Of a stretch of 64,000 nucleotides of DNA, positions 1 to 13,521 are shown piece by piece; the stretch's first letter is position 1, and every line of letters begins with the position of its first letter. Origin of the DNA: Lingula anatina (lineage: Eukaryota; Animalia; Brachiopoda); contig CM120640.1 of NCBI GenBank assembly GCA_051362555.1, forward strand, positions 806,001-870,000. The letters are read 5' to 3'. Under the pieces are notes generated by a model. The model was not told the origin of the DNA. It made no database searches and was given only the letters and a program-made list of their open reading frames with translations. The position numbers were made by a program, and so were the translations under genes.

Positions 1-178
1 ACACTTGCTGAAATTTCCCTGTAAACTCCCAAAGGTTAAGCTCTCTGCTAGATTAATAATAACGAAGCAGTGATAATTATGCAGGTAAATTTTGTTTAAT
101 ATTGCAAATAAGTTTTTAATATATATATCAAACTCAAAGATTAAAAGTTTGAATAGCAGCTTCATTGGAATTATATTT

Positions 179-405
179 ACCTCTGCCAAGGAGGTTATGT
201 TTTCACCCCTGTTTGTCTGTCATCAACATAACTCAAAAAGTTATGGACCAATTTTGATGAAATTATCAGGAACTGTCTGAAGTGGGTCAAGGAGGACAAT
301 GATTAGTTTTTAGTGGTGGTTGGGATCAGTAATCTATCAATAATTAATAATAATAAAAAATTGCTGCCTCGGCAGAGGTCTGCGCTCTCAGAGTGCTTTT
401 CTAGT
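179..405 (+). mobile_element. Short HINE-like element (family C)
   Basis: Subterminal inverted repeats ACCTCTGCCAAGG (179-191) / CCTCGGCAGAGGT (367-379), 3' hairpin GCGCTCT-C-AGAGTGC, CTAGT end, T-rich flanks; the related site near 20101-20130 lacks it. Confidence 0.75.
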
Positions 406-818
406 TTTATGTTTTCCTTTTTAATTTTTTCTCAAACACTGGCATTTGTGACTTTTAACTCCCGTCCGCCTGAGGCTCTGCACATTTTCTGTATTTCCAC
501 ATAAGCAGTTGTACTGGTTTTTATGTCTTTAAACATTATGTAATATTATTTTATGCACTGTCATCATTTTTCAAATATTGGGACTTTCATCATGTGAATT
601 TTAACTCTCATGGTCCTGAAACTGTTATCTTATTGAAGGGATGGATTGAGACCATCTTCTGGGTCTTCTGGAAGACAGTCAGGTTTTTAAGTTTATATTG
701 ACCGATATCTATTTTTTTCTATTGGAAGACCATCAAAATGGAGGATGGATCAACATAGATACTTTGGAATACTGTCAGAAAATATCTCTGGGTCCGCTCC
801 TGTTATTGACCATGTTAC

Positions 819-2805
819 CCCAGCTAGAAAAGTAGTCCCCTTTGCAGTCTGCTTGCAGTCTCCTTAACAGTCCCCCTATGGAGCCTGCTTTGCAGTCTCC
901 CTAGCAGTCCCCGCTCCCACAGCAGTCTCCTTTGCAGGTATCGTTAAGTATGGAGGGAGTCCCCTTGGCAGTCTTAATTTGCATTTTTGGAATGCGCTGC
1001 AGTCTGCTTGGCAGCCCCTCTCGCAGTCTACTCTGCAGTCTCCTTAGCAGTTTGCTTAGCAAAATAAAATTTGGCAAAATCTTTTTATTTATTTATTTAT
1101 TTATTTTTTTTAAAGTCATATACATGTATATATTCAAATAATAATTACATTTATCAAAAGGAATCTAGAAATAATCTTTCTCCCAAGCATGTGTGTAAGT
1201 TCAAATCTAAATACAAAATTTCCCCTTGATCACAAAATGTATGTTATCTGATTCATTTATATCTAACATATTGGTTTATTTCTCTCCATACTATTTAGTT
1301 CAGTTTACTATTTTACATATATATTTTTCTACAAAGCCCATATTAGCAGAGGGCTGGGAATCCTACTGTACGTTATTTAATCATTCCAAAAACTCAGTCA
1401 CAGAATTCACTGGCCAGGATTCATACATCGATACAGACACATAAGAGCAATATTTCAAGTAATTTTTAAGGTTTTTTAACTAATGTGGGCAAGTTATACA
1501 CTAAAACAATTTTTAAAGTGTACATACCAAAGGAAAAAAAGGCTCATTTCATTTAAATTTTGTATTTTTAACACATTGCATGATAATGAAAAGTACAAAG
1601 ATCGATGTTTTAAAAGGTGTTATCCTCATCTGTGAATTATTGTCTATATTCATGTCAAAAACTGCAAAGTTTGAAATAATATTTTAATTGACAAAAGGAC
1701 CAAAATGGTTAAATGCAAACCTTTTTCTAGCCTAATAGCAATTTCAAGTACTTTTAAAAACCACAAACAGAATTCAAAGTGCTGGGCTAAAATTGAACAC
1801 TTCCCAAAGCTCTATGGATCCTGATGCATCAGTAAACTATACATGAAGGAAAATACAAAACCAAAAGGACTTGCATGCTCACTTCTTATCCTGTCTCTGT
1901 CCTTCTTCATTTTTCTTTCTACATGCATTTCCTAAAAATGTCTTCTAGCTTTTTCAATCCAGAAATCAATGTTTTCAGATTTCTTGCCTCTTCCTTAGAA
2001 CATTTCTGACCTAGCTTCTGGCTTAGAGTTTTGAATTAATTAGCTCAACGGTCATGTACTACTGCCTGTGCTGTATAGTTATTTGACCTCATTGGGCAAG
2101 CTGTAGGTGAACTGTTTATATCAAGCTGACAGTTAAGATAAACATGGCCCTGCATGGCTTGAAATGAATTTGGTTTTGAAAGTTACCAGTTAATTTTAAT
2201 CACAAATCTAACTAATGCTAACTGTGAGGTTTAAAATTTATATATTATGCAATTGTATATTATCATAAGACTTCAATTATTTGTCTGATTTCAATGAAAA
2301 TTATAGCAATAATAAAGGATATTTTCACAGCATTATTAAAAAAATATAAATCTAAAATATTTAATAAAAAATAAAAAATTAAAAAAATATAAAACTTCAC
2401 TTAGTTAGTAATCAAAAGTTTAGCACATGTGCTTCTCAATGCTTCTCAATTGCGGATAGAAACACTTTTTAAATAACTATTGGGTTGTTGAAAATGACAG
2501 TTATTTCAGTTTAGTTTGCAGTCCCCTGTGAAAATTTCTAAGTTATTGCAGCCCCCTTTGCAGTCTCCTGCAAAATGTTGAAGTTATTGCAGCCTCCTTT
2601 GCAGTCCCCTGCAAAATATTTAAGTTATTGCAGCCCCCTTTGCAGTCTCCTGCAAAAATGTTTAAGTTATTGCAGCCCCCTTTGCAGTCTGCCTGCTCAA
2701 GGAGACTGCACACTGGAGCCCCAGACTGCAAAAGGGCAGTCTCCCTGGCAGTCTCTTTGGCAGCCTGGGCTCCCGTGGGCAGCCGGGGCTCCCATTCTAG
2801 CTGGG
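819..2805. mobile_element. Non-autonomous DNA transposon with CCCAG termini (animal EnSpm/CMC-like)
   Basis: TIR CCCAGCTAGAA / TTCTAGCTGGG, 2-bp TSD AC on both sides, many subterminal GCAGTC(C/T)CC motifs, ~41-bp tandem repeats at ~2540-2690. Confidence 0.8.
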
Positions 2806-3029
2806 ACCTGTTGTGCATGATTAAAATTCAGTGTTGACTAACAGTGCTATTATAAGCATTATTTATTATTGCATCAAAATTGACAAAATGACCTATTTTG
2901 CATCTTTATTTTCTGTTTTTTGTCTGTACATTTGACAGCTTTGCTGCCTTGTTTTAGATTTCTCAAGTATTGAAATTAAACCTATTAAACGTGGGTAAAT
3001 CTGGGTATTTATTTCCGTATCTTTTCTAG

Positions 3030-3314
3030 AACCTGAAAAGCCGTACATCCAATATGATTTATCCGGCAAAACCCTTGTGTTACATTCTACATGCATTGGC
3101 AGAAAGGATCACTATGAGGTTCTTCATAAATGCCGCGAGGATGAAATGTACCAAACTGGGCACTTTATAAGCAAAACAAGGAATTCAACTGAGAAGATAG
3201 ATTTGTTGGTATGGCAGCCTGGGCGTGTTTATGATGTGGTGGTGCAAAGTATCAGTTATTTCCAGACAGACTTAGAGGTCAGGAGTGAACCAGTAAAGCT
3301 GATAATACATACAA
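3030..3314 (+). CDS. FN3-domain exon (first visible) of a multi-FN3 protein
   Basis: Acceptor ttttctAG, phase 1; PEKPYIQYDLSGKTLVLHSTC...WQPGRVYDVVVQSIS...RSEPVKLIIHT; donor A|GTAAAC, phase 1. Confidence 0.75.
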
Positions 3315-3402
3315 GTAAACAACTTATTATGGGCTTTGTAAATAGAAAAACTTAATGCAATGGTATACATTACAAACAAGTACCCAATACTAATGCCTCT
3401 TA

Positions 3403-3664
3403 GGCTTCATTCACATGCAATGTCTATTTTCTAAATTCTATTTTCTATTTGCGGTATGTCTTATGATCACGGTCAGTGCCCTGAATATCCCGCGGCGTAA
3501 TTACTGGCAGCGCGAGCCAGTTACTTTAAGTTACTTCATATAAGTAACTGGCTCGCGCTGCCAGTAATTACGCGGCGGGATATTCAGGGCACAGACCGTG
3601 ATCATAAGATAGCGCGAATAGAAAATAGATTTTTAGAAAATAGACATTCCATGTGAACGAAGCC
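3403..3664. mobile_element. Palindromic PIF/Harbinger-like MITE
   Basis: Near-complete hairpin, ends GGCTTC(A/G)TTCACATG, TTA TSD on both sides; second copy at 41686-41942. Confidence 0.85.
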
Positions 3665-4123
3665 TTAGACTGAGTCCTTAGATTCAACAAATCGCAAACC
3701 TGTTAAAGACCGACTAATGAAAATGAAACTGGATTTTACATCTCATTACTGCATGCTGTAGTATCAGCACGAATCATCTGTCACATTTCCTTAGATAACA
3801 AGGCCATCTAAGCCATACAGTGGGTCTTGTGGAACATGATATTAATTAACTCATTGTCCCCTACCGCCGTCATTTGCCGTCGATGTTTTCCAGTTTCTAT
3901 CCCGAGCGTCGTCATTTGACGTCGTAATATTAATAGTACCCCTTCCCGACTGCCGTCGTATGACGGCATCCAATATGGCGCCTCCCTTGCCTAGCGACTT
4001 CATATGACGGCATGAGAAAGAAACTACGATTGGTAAGTTTTAAATAGCTTGTTTTGTGATTGGTTGTTGGTTTTCTTTTAGCCAATAAAAATTAGAATAC
4101 CATAGTACATAATGTAAACATTA

Positions 4124-4203
4124 TACGGGCCGCGGGAGATACGCACATACAGGAAATACGAAGAATTTTTGAGGAGAGCTCCGGGTCTGAATTACCCTCA
4201 GAC
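4124..4203 (+). pseudogene. piggyBac transposase acidic N-terminal segment, separated from the rest by an insertion
   Basis: Reads ...HIQEIRRIFEESSGSELPSD and continues in frame at 14642 as QFSGFNSESESDSDDF. Confidence 0.6.
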
Positions 4204-4913
4204 GGTCCTTTAAAACATAGAAATGGATAGAAATGGATAGAAATGGACTGAAATGGGCCGAAATGGACCGAAATGGACGCATGGCAAACCTCTATGAGAT
4301 CGCACTTGGGTTTTACATAGTAAAAATAAACTTACCTTTATACCAGAAAGAAGTTTTATTGAATTTTCTGGTGGTAAACCCTTCGAGGTAGTAATCGGGT
4401 CAAGGTCGCCATTTTCAAGGTGGATTCCGCAACGAGGCCGTGGCGGTGATTCCACAACGAGGCTGTGGCAGTGTACCTAAACACCGTCCTCAACCTAGCA
4501 CAACCGACCACAACCGTCCTCCCATATAAAATAGTAAAATACGGTAATAGTTGGAAATTCCACATAAGATGGTGCTTTACTGATATAGAATATAGGGGAG
4601 ACCTGAGCTAGTCAATTTATGAAAAAGTAACTTAATATTTGAAAGTTTGATGGTTGAATATTAGGTGAGAAAAAATTAAAAAAAAAAAAAAACATGAAAA
4701 TTAAGAAAATCTAAAATGTGCATTTTACCACCCATTGTCTCAATGTATCAAATATCAATAGCTTTTTCATAGAATACTAATCTTTCATTTTCTTATTCTT
4801 ATCCAATATATTCTTCCTAAAGTACCCTAAAAGAAAATATGTTGAAAAATGTCAAATAAATACTTTTTCATAGGGGGAGTCCTTGTGTGGTAAAATACAA
4901 ATCTTTAATTTTT

Positions 4914-7111
4914 ATGTACAGACACAGATGTGTCTGTACATATTGCCATCACCTGCGTCTGTCGTCGCCGTCGCCGTCCCTGTCGCCGTCGCCGTCGCCG
5001 TCGCCGTGCACTTTCATCGTTAACACGATAAGTGTAAGACAGTTTTACTTTTTGGCTTTTTATTTACAGAGCTGATGAATATTCATAAAACGCAGGTCAA
5101 GTTCGAAAATCAGCATGTTTGGGCAATTATTGTTATATTTATGCTGTGTTTTCACTTTTTAGCATATATGCAACACTGTTAACACATTTCAAGGAAAACC
5201 GATAGGCCTGTTGTCATGAAACTCACAGGAGTAATTAATCTTACTAAAACGCAGATCAAGTTCGAAAATCGGCATGATCGGGCCACTATTTTAGTAGTTA
5301 TGCTGTTTTTTTCACTTTTCAGCATATGTGCAACACTGTTAACACATTTCAAGGAAAACCGATAGACCTGTTGTCATGAAACTCACAGGAGTAATTAATC
5401 TTACTAAAATGCAGGTCAAGTTCGAAAATCAGCATAATCGGGCCATTATTTTATAAGTTATGCTGTTTTTAAACATTTCCTCAGATTCAATTCTTAGGCA
5501 TGTTAACAGTCTCATTATTTAACTAATAAGATTCGTAAAAGTGTTTGTTTGACATTTCCTGCATCTTTACAACATTGTTAGTTGATTATGTAAAAATGAT
5601 GGTAAACTTGTTATCATGTATTGTATAATAGAGTTTGAAAAATGGAAATAAACTCATATCATTGCAGTTTGTCAGATACATTCATTCACTATGTTCAGAA
5701 ACTCAGAATGGAGGAAATTGGACATTAAACACTGTTCTATTGATATTTTTCCCATCTCATCAATTTTCTTAGTTGATCATATATAAATGGCAGTAAATTG
5801 TTAATTTTGTTATATGTTAAAAAATTGTTAAAAATGGAAAAAAAAAACATTTCAAGACAGTGCTGTCTTGTCTACATTTTGGCATTTTCAAGGTGTGACT
5901 TTGAAGTTCCTTTGGCCTGAAGACCTTTGCTAGGAACATTTTCTGAATATCCATGATACTAATATTTTATTATTAAAAATTGATGGTAATTATCCTGTTA
6001 AACATTATGTAATAGTGCATCAAAATTTGAAGACACCCCTATTTTGGACACTGCTCCCATGATGACCATTTAAGGAAAACCATGTCACTTACTGTTCTCA
6101 AACTTACAGGAAGAAACATGGCCTTAAATAAAGCTTCAGTGGGCAATGCAGACTATTTGGTAAATTTTTTTGGCAGTTAATCAGTTTTTTGTGAAAATTT
6201 AATTTTTCACATATTGGCATTTTCAAGGTGTGACTTAATTAGAACCTCCACGGGCTTGAAGACCCATGCTAGTCACATTTTCTGAAAATCCACGATACGG
6301 ATCTTTTATTATTAAAAACTGATGGTCATTATGCTGTTAAGCATTATGTAATATTGCATTAAAATAGAAGAAAACACAATTTTGGGTGCTGCTGCCATGA
6401 TGACCATTATGGGAAAACCATGTTACTTATGATTGTCAAACTTTCAAAAAAGAAACAAAGGACTAAAATGCAGCCTGAGTTGGAAAAGCAGTCTAATTGG
6501 CTTCTTTTTCTGGAAGTTATACATTTTAGTGAAATATTCATTTTTATCATGTTGGCATATTCATTGTGGGACTCGAAGCTCCCATGGACATGAAGCCAAA
6601 TGGTAATCAAATTTTCTACATGTCCATGCTATTTATAGTCAATAATCAAAAATTGGTGATAATTATTCTGTAATTTATTTTGTAATGTTACATCAAAATT
6701 GACAAAAATCTTTTTGCACTGCTACTACAAACATTATGAAAAGAAAACTATGTTACTTATTATTATTTTCAACTTACAAGTACGATTTGTAGGATTGGCA
6801 TGCAGTTCAAATTAGAAAGCCAGCTCAAATGGGTTATCATTTATTATTGAATTTAAGCAGTTTTATGTGAAATTTTCATTTTTCTCATTCTGGCATTTTC
6901 AAAGTGTGAACTTAAACTCCCATGGGCCTGAAGCCTTGCGCTTGTTACACATTTCACTTACATTGGTATTACCTGTTGAGCATAATTAAAATTTGATGTT
7001 GAATTTGCAGTTAAGCATAATGTACTTTTGCATCAGAATTGACAGTAGCCTGTTTTGTGCATTGTTATTGTCTGCTTTTTGTCTGTACATTTGACAGCTT
7101 TGCTGCCTTGT
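4914..7111 (+). mobile_element. HINE-A full-length copy (~2.2 kb)
   Basis: 5' palindrome ATGTACAGACACAGATGTGTCTGTACAT, (GTCGCC)n microsatellite, ~160-bp tandem units, ~340-bp units, 3' subTIR TGTCTGTACAT plus hairpin GACAGC-TTT-GCTGCC; T-run flanks. Confidence 0.85.
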
Positions 7112-7112
7112 T

Positions 7113-9310
7113 ATGTACAGACACAGATGTGTCTGTACATATTGCCATCACCTGCGTCTGTCGTCGCCGTCGCCGTCCCTGTCGCCGTCGCCGTCGCCGT
7201 CGCCGTGCACTTTCATCGTTAACACGATAAGTGTAAGACAGTTTTACTTTTTGGCTTTTTATTTACAGAGCTGATGAATATTCATAAAACGCAGGTCAAG
7301 TTCGAAAATCAGCATGTTTGGGCAATTATTGTTATATTTATGCTGTGTTTTCACTTTTTAGCATATATGCAACACTGTTAACACATTTCAAGGAAAACCG
7401 ATAGGCCTGTTGTCATGAAACTCACAGGAGTAATTAATCTTACTAAAACGCAGATCAAGTTCGAAAATCGGCATGATCGGGCCACTATTTTAGTAGTTAT
7501 GCTGTTTTTTTCACTTTTCAGCATATGTGCAACACTGTTAACACATTTCAAGGAAAACCGATAGACCTGTTGTCATGAAACTCACAGGAGTAATTAATCT
7601 TACTAAAATGCAGGTCAAGTTCGAAAATCAGCATAATCGGGCCATTATTTTATAAGTTATGCTGTTTTTAAACATTTCCTCAGATTCAATTCTTAGGCAT
7701 GTTAACAGTCTCATTATTTAACTAATAAGATTCGTAAAAGTGTTTGTTTGACATTTCCTGCATCTTTACAACATTGTTAGTTGATTATGTAAAAATGATG
7801 GTAAACTTGTTATCATGTATTGTATAATAGAGTTTGAAAAATGGAAATAAACTCATATCATTGCAGTTTGTCAGATACATTCATTCACTATGTTCAGAAA
7901 CTCAGAATGGAGGAAATTGGACATTAAACACTGTTCTATTGATATTTTTCCCATCTCATCAATTTTCTTAGTTGATCATATATAAATGGCAGTAAATTGT
8001 TAATTTTGTTATATGTTAAAAAATTGTTAAAAATGGAAAAAAAAAACATTTCAAGACAGTGCTGTCTTGTCTACATTTTGGCATTTTCAAGGTGTGACTT
8101 TGAAGTTCCTTTGGCCTGAAGACCTTTGCTAGGAACATTTTCTGAATATCCATGATACTAATATTTTATTATTAAAAATTGATGGTAATTATCCTGTTAA
8201 ACATTATGTAATAGTGCATCAAAATTTGAAGACACCCCTATTTTGGACACTGCTCCCATGATGACCATTTAAGGAAAACCATGTCACTTACTGTTCTCAA
8301 ACTTACAGGAAGAAACATGGCCTTAAATAAAGCTTCAGTGGGCAATGCAGACTATTTGGTAAATTTTTTTGGCAGTTAATCAGTTTTTTGTGAAAATTTA
8401 ATTTTTCACATATTGGCATTTTCAAGGTGTGACTTAATTAGAACCTCCACGGGCTTGAAGACCCATGCTAGTCACATTTTCTGAAAATCCACGATACGGA
8501 TCTTTTATTATTAAAAACTGATGGTCATTATGCTGTTAAGCATTATGTAATATTGCATTAAAATAGAAGAAAACACAATTTTGGGTGCTGCTGCCATGAT
8601 GACCATTATGGGAAAACCATGTTACTTATGATTGTCAAACTTTCAAAAAAGAAACAAAGGACTAAAATGCAGCCTGAGTTGGAAAAGCAGTCTAATTGGC
8701 TTCTTTTTCTGGAAGTTATACATTTTAGTGAAATATTCATTTTTATCATGTTGGCATATTCATTGTGGGACTCGAAGCTCCCATGGACATGAAGCCAAAT
8801 GGTAATCAAATTTTCTACATGTCCATGCTATTTATAGTCAATAATCAAAAATTGGTGATAATTATTCTGTAATTTATTTTGTAATGTTACATCAAAATTG
8901 ACAAAAATCTTTTTGCACTGCTACTACAAACATTATGAAAAGAAAACTATGTTACTTATTATTATTTTCAACTTACAAGTACGATTTGTAGGATTGGCAT
9001 GCAGTTCAAATTAGAAAGCCAGCTCAAATGGGTTATCATTTATTATTGAATTTAAGCAGTTTTATGTGAAATTTTCATTTTTCTCATTCTGGCATTTTCA
9101 AAGTGTGAACTTAAACTCCCATGGGCCTGAAGCCTTGCGCTTGTTACACATTTCACTTACATTGGTATTACCTGTTGAGCATAATTAAAATTTGATGTTG
9201 AATTTGCAGTTAAGCATAATGTACTTTTGCATCAGAATTGACAGTAGCCTGTTTTGTGCATTGTTATTGTCTGCTTTTTGTCTGTACATTTGACAGCTTT
9301 GCTGCCTTGT
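7113..9310 (+). mobile_element. HINE-A full-length copy, head-to-tail duplicate of 4914-7111
   Basis: Apparently identical sequence at a 2199-bp offset (e.g. identical ORFs at 6407 and 8606). Confidence 0.85.
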
Positions 9311-9425
9311 TTTATATTTTTCATGAAAATTAAAACAAAAATTTAAGTGCCAATGTGTCCTCCATTATGCATACTACAAGATCATAGTCATTTACTCAAA
9401 TAAAATAAATTTATGAATGTTTTGT

Positions 9426-9456
<31 letters not shown>

Positions 9457-9525
9457 GGGGAGTCAAAATTTCCCAGGGGGAGACAAATTTTCACTATTGG
9501 ACTGGGGAGTTACATTTCCATTAAT

Positions 9526-9628
9526 CATGAAATTCTGACTTCCCTAAAATGTGACTCCCCAGTCAGATTTCCATAATTTATGGAAATCTGACTGGGGAGT
9601 CACATTTTAGGGGAGTCAGAATTTCATG
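9526..9628. repeat. ~103-bp near-perfect palindrome, probably subterminal part of a decayed DNA element (~4580-9637)
   Basis: CATGAAATTCTGACT...GACTCCCCAGTCAGATTTCCATAA-T-TTATGGAAATCTGACTGGGGAGTC...AGTCAGAATTTCATG; GGGGAGTC-like motifs also near 4594, 4873 and 9457. Confidence 0.75.
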
Positions 9629-12600
9629 GTACACCAGTCATAAAAATGTTTTTTTTTAACCGGATAGTGAAATGAAAGATGTCGGCATCTAAAAAAAAAT
9701 TGTTAGAGTATTAAAAATCTACTTTCATAGGCTTGTGATCAAATATAGTATATGTATAACCTGTATAGGGTATCAATAAAGTAAAGCTAGTTGCTTCAAG
9801 TTTCACAGAAATGTAGGCCTATCAGCGTTGTTCATTAGCACAAAAAGTCAATGGTTTTCTAAAATAATACTGGTTCAAAATTGAAATCATTTGTTTTCTT
9901 TTCATTTTATTATCGTTAGTTTATTCCTAAATTAAAAAAGAAATAAGTTCGCTTAATAGATATTAAGATTCTTTCAACACATACCATGCAACGTAAAGAA
10001 ACCTCAATATATATCTGCCGCGTTTGAACTGCTAATTCATCAAAGACCAAAAGAATCAATTTAATGAGTAAAAATCTATTTCATGGCGTTTACATGGAAT
10101 TATAACTGCATTTGAGTGCAAGGCCCAGAAACATGCCCTACCTCATTTGGCGGCACATTCGTCCACTCACGCTGTTCTACCTCTTACAGGTAAATATTGG
10201 CTTGATTGGTTTGCTTTTTTATTTAAGAGTTTCATGTTGTCTTATTTTGTTATACAGATAATTATTTTTAGTTTAGTTCATTTAAAATACTATTCATTTA
10301 TTTTTTAGTTTTAGTTCACGTAAATTGTTCTGTTCGTTTCATCACATTATTCAGACATTTGTCCACTCATGCTGTTCTACCTCTCATAGGTATCGCAATA
10401 AACAACATGTTTATAAAAAAAATACCACTTCAAGTCTCTACCAGATCAGTCTGAGTCGTTTTTAAATAACAGTCCTGTTACAGTTTCATCAAGCAGTCAT
10501 GCTAGGTATTCCTGTATTATAAAGGGTATATAGGTTTAGGTAGTTAAATGGAACATATTGGAAGCCTTTCCTGAGAAAAGTGGGTGGTCCTGAAAAGGAC
10601 CGTTTATAGGTAGGAAATGAGATTTCCTCAGTTTCCTTCGTTCAGCAACTTTTGGAGGTGCCCGGGTACCATTGCCAGAGCTTTCTTAACTTTGATGCTG
10701 TTGATCTGCTTTCAGTTTGGGCAGTGCGATGTAGATGCCAGGTCGTAGTGCCACCCTGAGCCGTATTTCCATGGTCGTAGTTCCGCAGACCATTCACATG
10801 GGCTGTATCACAGATCTGATGCCCCAACTCCTAAACGCAGGCAACATTATTATGGAACTGCTGAAAGATATCCCCTTCACCTGTTAGTATTATAAAAAAC
10901 GGATATTAATAATAAAGTACCAATCACTATACTCTGGGCTGTCCTCCAGGGTCGTAGTGTCGCAGACCTTTCAAGTGGGCTGTATCACAGTTTGATGCCC
11001 TAACTCCTAAACGCAGGCAACATGAGATTTTTCAGCAAATGTCTAAATTTTATGCAATCCTACATTACAATTATATCAAAATCATTAAAATAGTGTGCTA
11101 TTAAATAAAAAGACAGCAATAATTAGATTATGGAAGATCTTAAAATTCCAACTTGAAGTAATCTGAAAGAAAGGGCCAGGACTTCATTGTTCACCCATCT
11201 GCCTGGTATTCACCCAAAATATGTGAGGTGTCCATCCATGACACTTAATGTCCTTCCATAACAGTTTTAATAACTTTGATTTATTAATCCACTGAAATCT
11301 TATATGTCAATTTTTTTTCAAAGGTTGTTGACCCATACCATGTTTGAGGAGAATATGAAGTAAAAAGTTTTTAGCTTTTGTAATGACTGAGAAAACTTAA
11401 AAAATAGGTACCTAAATTGTCGTGGAAGAACATTTTGATATTAATTAATCCATTCTTTTCTATTCAGAAAAATTTCAATGTAATGCACTTGGTTATATGT
11501 AAAAAATAACTTATATTTAATGTCTGTAGCCTTTATTATTAAAAATAATCAATATTTTGTAAACTAACTACATCAAAAATAAAAATGTCCTTCCATAACA
11601 CTGTTTTATAAATTTTCCAGATAAAAGTTTCAATAAAATAATAATCATCAAAACCTTTTTTTGGGGGATTCTGGTGTCTAGTGGTGTCTGGTTTCAGAAA
11701 TTTTAAGTTTTGTAAGTAGGAGTCTTTTTTGAAATTTTAAGGTCTCTGGACCAAATACCACGGAATGGCCCTTATACTGAAAAATGATGTTGGAAATTCC
11801 CTTTCTATCAAGGAATTCAACCTTAATGTTAACTTTGTTCTAGACTAATTCAGTATCCAAAAGAATGATCTGAATGGCTTATTCTTCCAATGGAAAGTAA
11901 TTACACATACATGTAGCATGTTATGAAATAATTGACTAGATTAAACAAAATCATCCAAATCATCAAAAATCCTCAAGGTCATAGTATATAACCAGATAAA
12001 AGAGTAGTTAAATGGCATGCAAATATTTAAAAAAAAAACCTTTAGTACTAGTAATAATAATTGGCAACTGACATTTAAGACACGATATGAAAGGCCCCAA
12101 TTCAGAACAAACCATAGAATATGATTAAAATATGGAACCGCATTGACTCTTGGATACTTTAAAAAAATCCAAAGTAAAGTTTCATATAATGAAATGTTAT
12201 GTAAAGTTATGTGGGTTTTAGATTTTTTACTAAAATATTGCCTTTTTTGCTTTATTCTCATACCTATTATTACTTTTATTTGATTCAATTTTACTTCGTT
12301 ATTGTCATAATTTCACTGATAAATTTATTCCTCTTTTTTTCATTAACACAATAATTTATTCTAACCCCTCAGAGAGGTATGTGAAAGAAGTGTATACACT
12401 ATCCTCTTTAAAGTTAATATTATTTACTATATAAGACAAAGTGTCTCCTAGTGAGAAGAAATGGACAATTAATTTCCAGACACAAACAGCAACTAAGTTG
12501 TAACTACATGTAGATGGAAAAGATGTGCCTTTAATAATCGAAGTAAATCTAATCTACAGTTCAATTTGACAAGGTAAAATATATAGTAAAATGAGATGAG

Positions 12601-13066
12601 TTATAGGGTGATGTCAAATAGCTATGTCACAGGTAGGGACAGTGATCGATATATATGTGTCGGTTGGTATACCAAAACACCAGCTACAACAAATAATAAT
12701 GAAATCCCCTACATACATGTAGCACATCACTTCATAACAATAACAAATCAAAAGCAGTCCAATGTGAAAAATTTTTTTAAAAATTATTCTGTGATCTGAG
12801 ACAGCATTAAAACCTAATCCATTCTAAGCTAGTTAATCCAATTTACCTATTCAGGGATGAGACTACCATTTTGTAATAAAAAAAGTATAAGATTAAAGTT
12901 TTTATTGCAGATCTGCATCAGTTACAAAAGTAATATTTTTGGTTCCCAAATATTCCAAAAGCTACCTGATTATGATCGTAACAATTATAACAAGCAAATA
13001 AGTAGACAAATTTTGTCTTCCAACCCTGTAAGTATGTTTTCTTACTATCTTATCAATTCAGCTTAC

Positions 13067-13343
13067 CTGTGAGTCCATTGATTGCAAGAGGAACACTCAA
13101 TAACATCGTATGTGCAAGCAGTTGAGCAGACACTGCATGGGTATCGAGGCTTCTTAGACTTCATATTAATACTTGGTTGTATCTTAGAACTCTTTACGCA
13201 AGGGTTCATAAAGAAACTGAACTAATGCCTTCTCTGCAGCTGGGTTTTAAATACTTTCTGAGAGTCAGGCACACTTTGATTGGTCATGATAAATTGAGGG
13301 GGAATAGTTCTTTGTATAAGATTCATATTTCACAATAAATACA
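13067..13343 (-). pseudogene. Exon encoding the N-terminal part of a PHD-type zinc finger, inside the long-TIR element
   Basis: Minus strand 13164-13067 reads MKSKKPRYPCSVCSTACTYDVIECSSCNQWTH(R), followed by donor AG|GTAAGC; acceptor ttttcatttacAG at 13344; in-frame TAG upstream indicates decay. Confidence 0.65.
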
Positions 13344-13488
13344 CTGTAAATGAAAATATAATAAATTCTTTTTAAACGCCAAAAGGATCGTTATGATAAT
13401 TAGCTTGAAATCTGTGCTTGCCATCAGACCACATGACCTCCTCATTGATGGCTCTGTTATTAATGATAATCTGTTTAGAAATTGTTAC

Positions 13489-13521
<33 letters not shown>

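Larger units (their letters stand above)
1..2951 (+). mobile_element. 3' part of a HINE-A (DINE-1/Helentron-like non-autonomous) element whose 5' end lies upstream of the window; hosts two nested elements
   Basis: 1-~510 resembles HINE-A internal sequence at ~19863-20230; ends with the family 3' terminus TGTCTGTACATTTGACAGCTTTGCTGCCTTGT at 2921-2951. Confidence 0.7.

Noticed and set aside
2543-2837. Overlapping ORFs with repeated Cys/Gly or LQPPLQS motifs
   Set aside because: Products of the ~41-bp subterminal tandem repeat of the 819-2805 element
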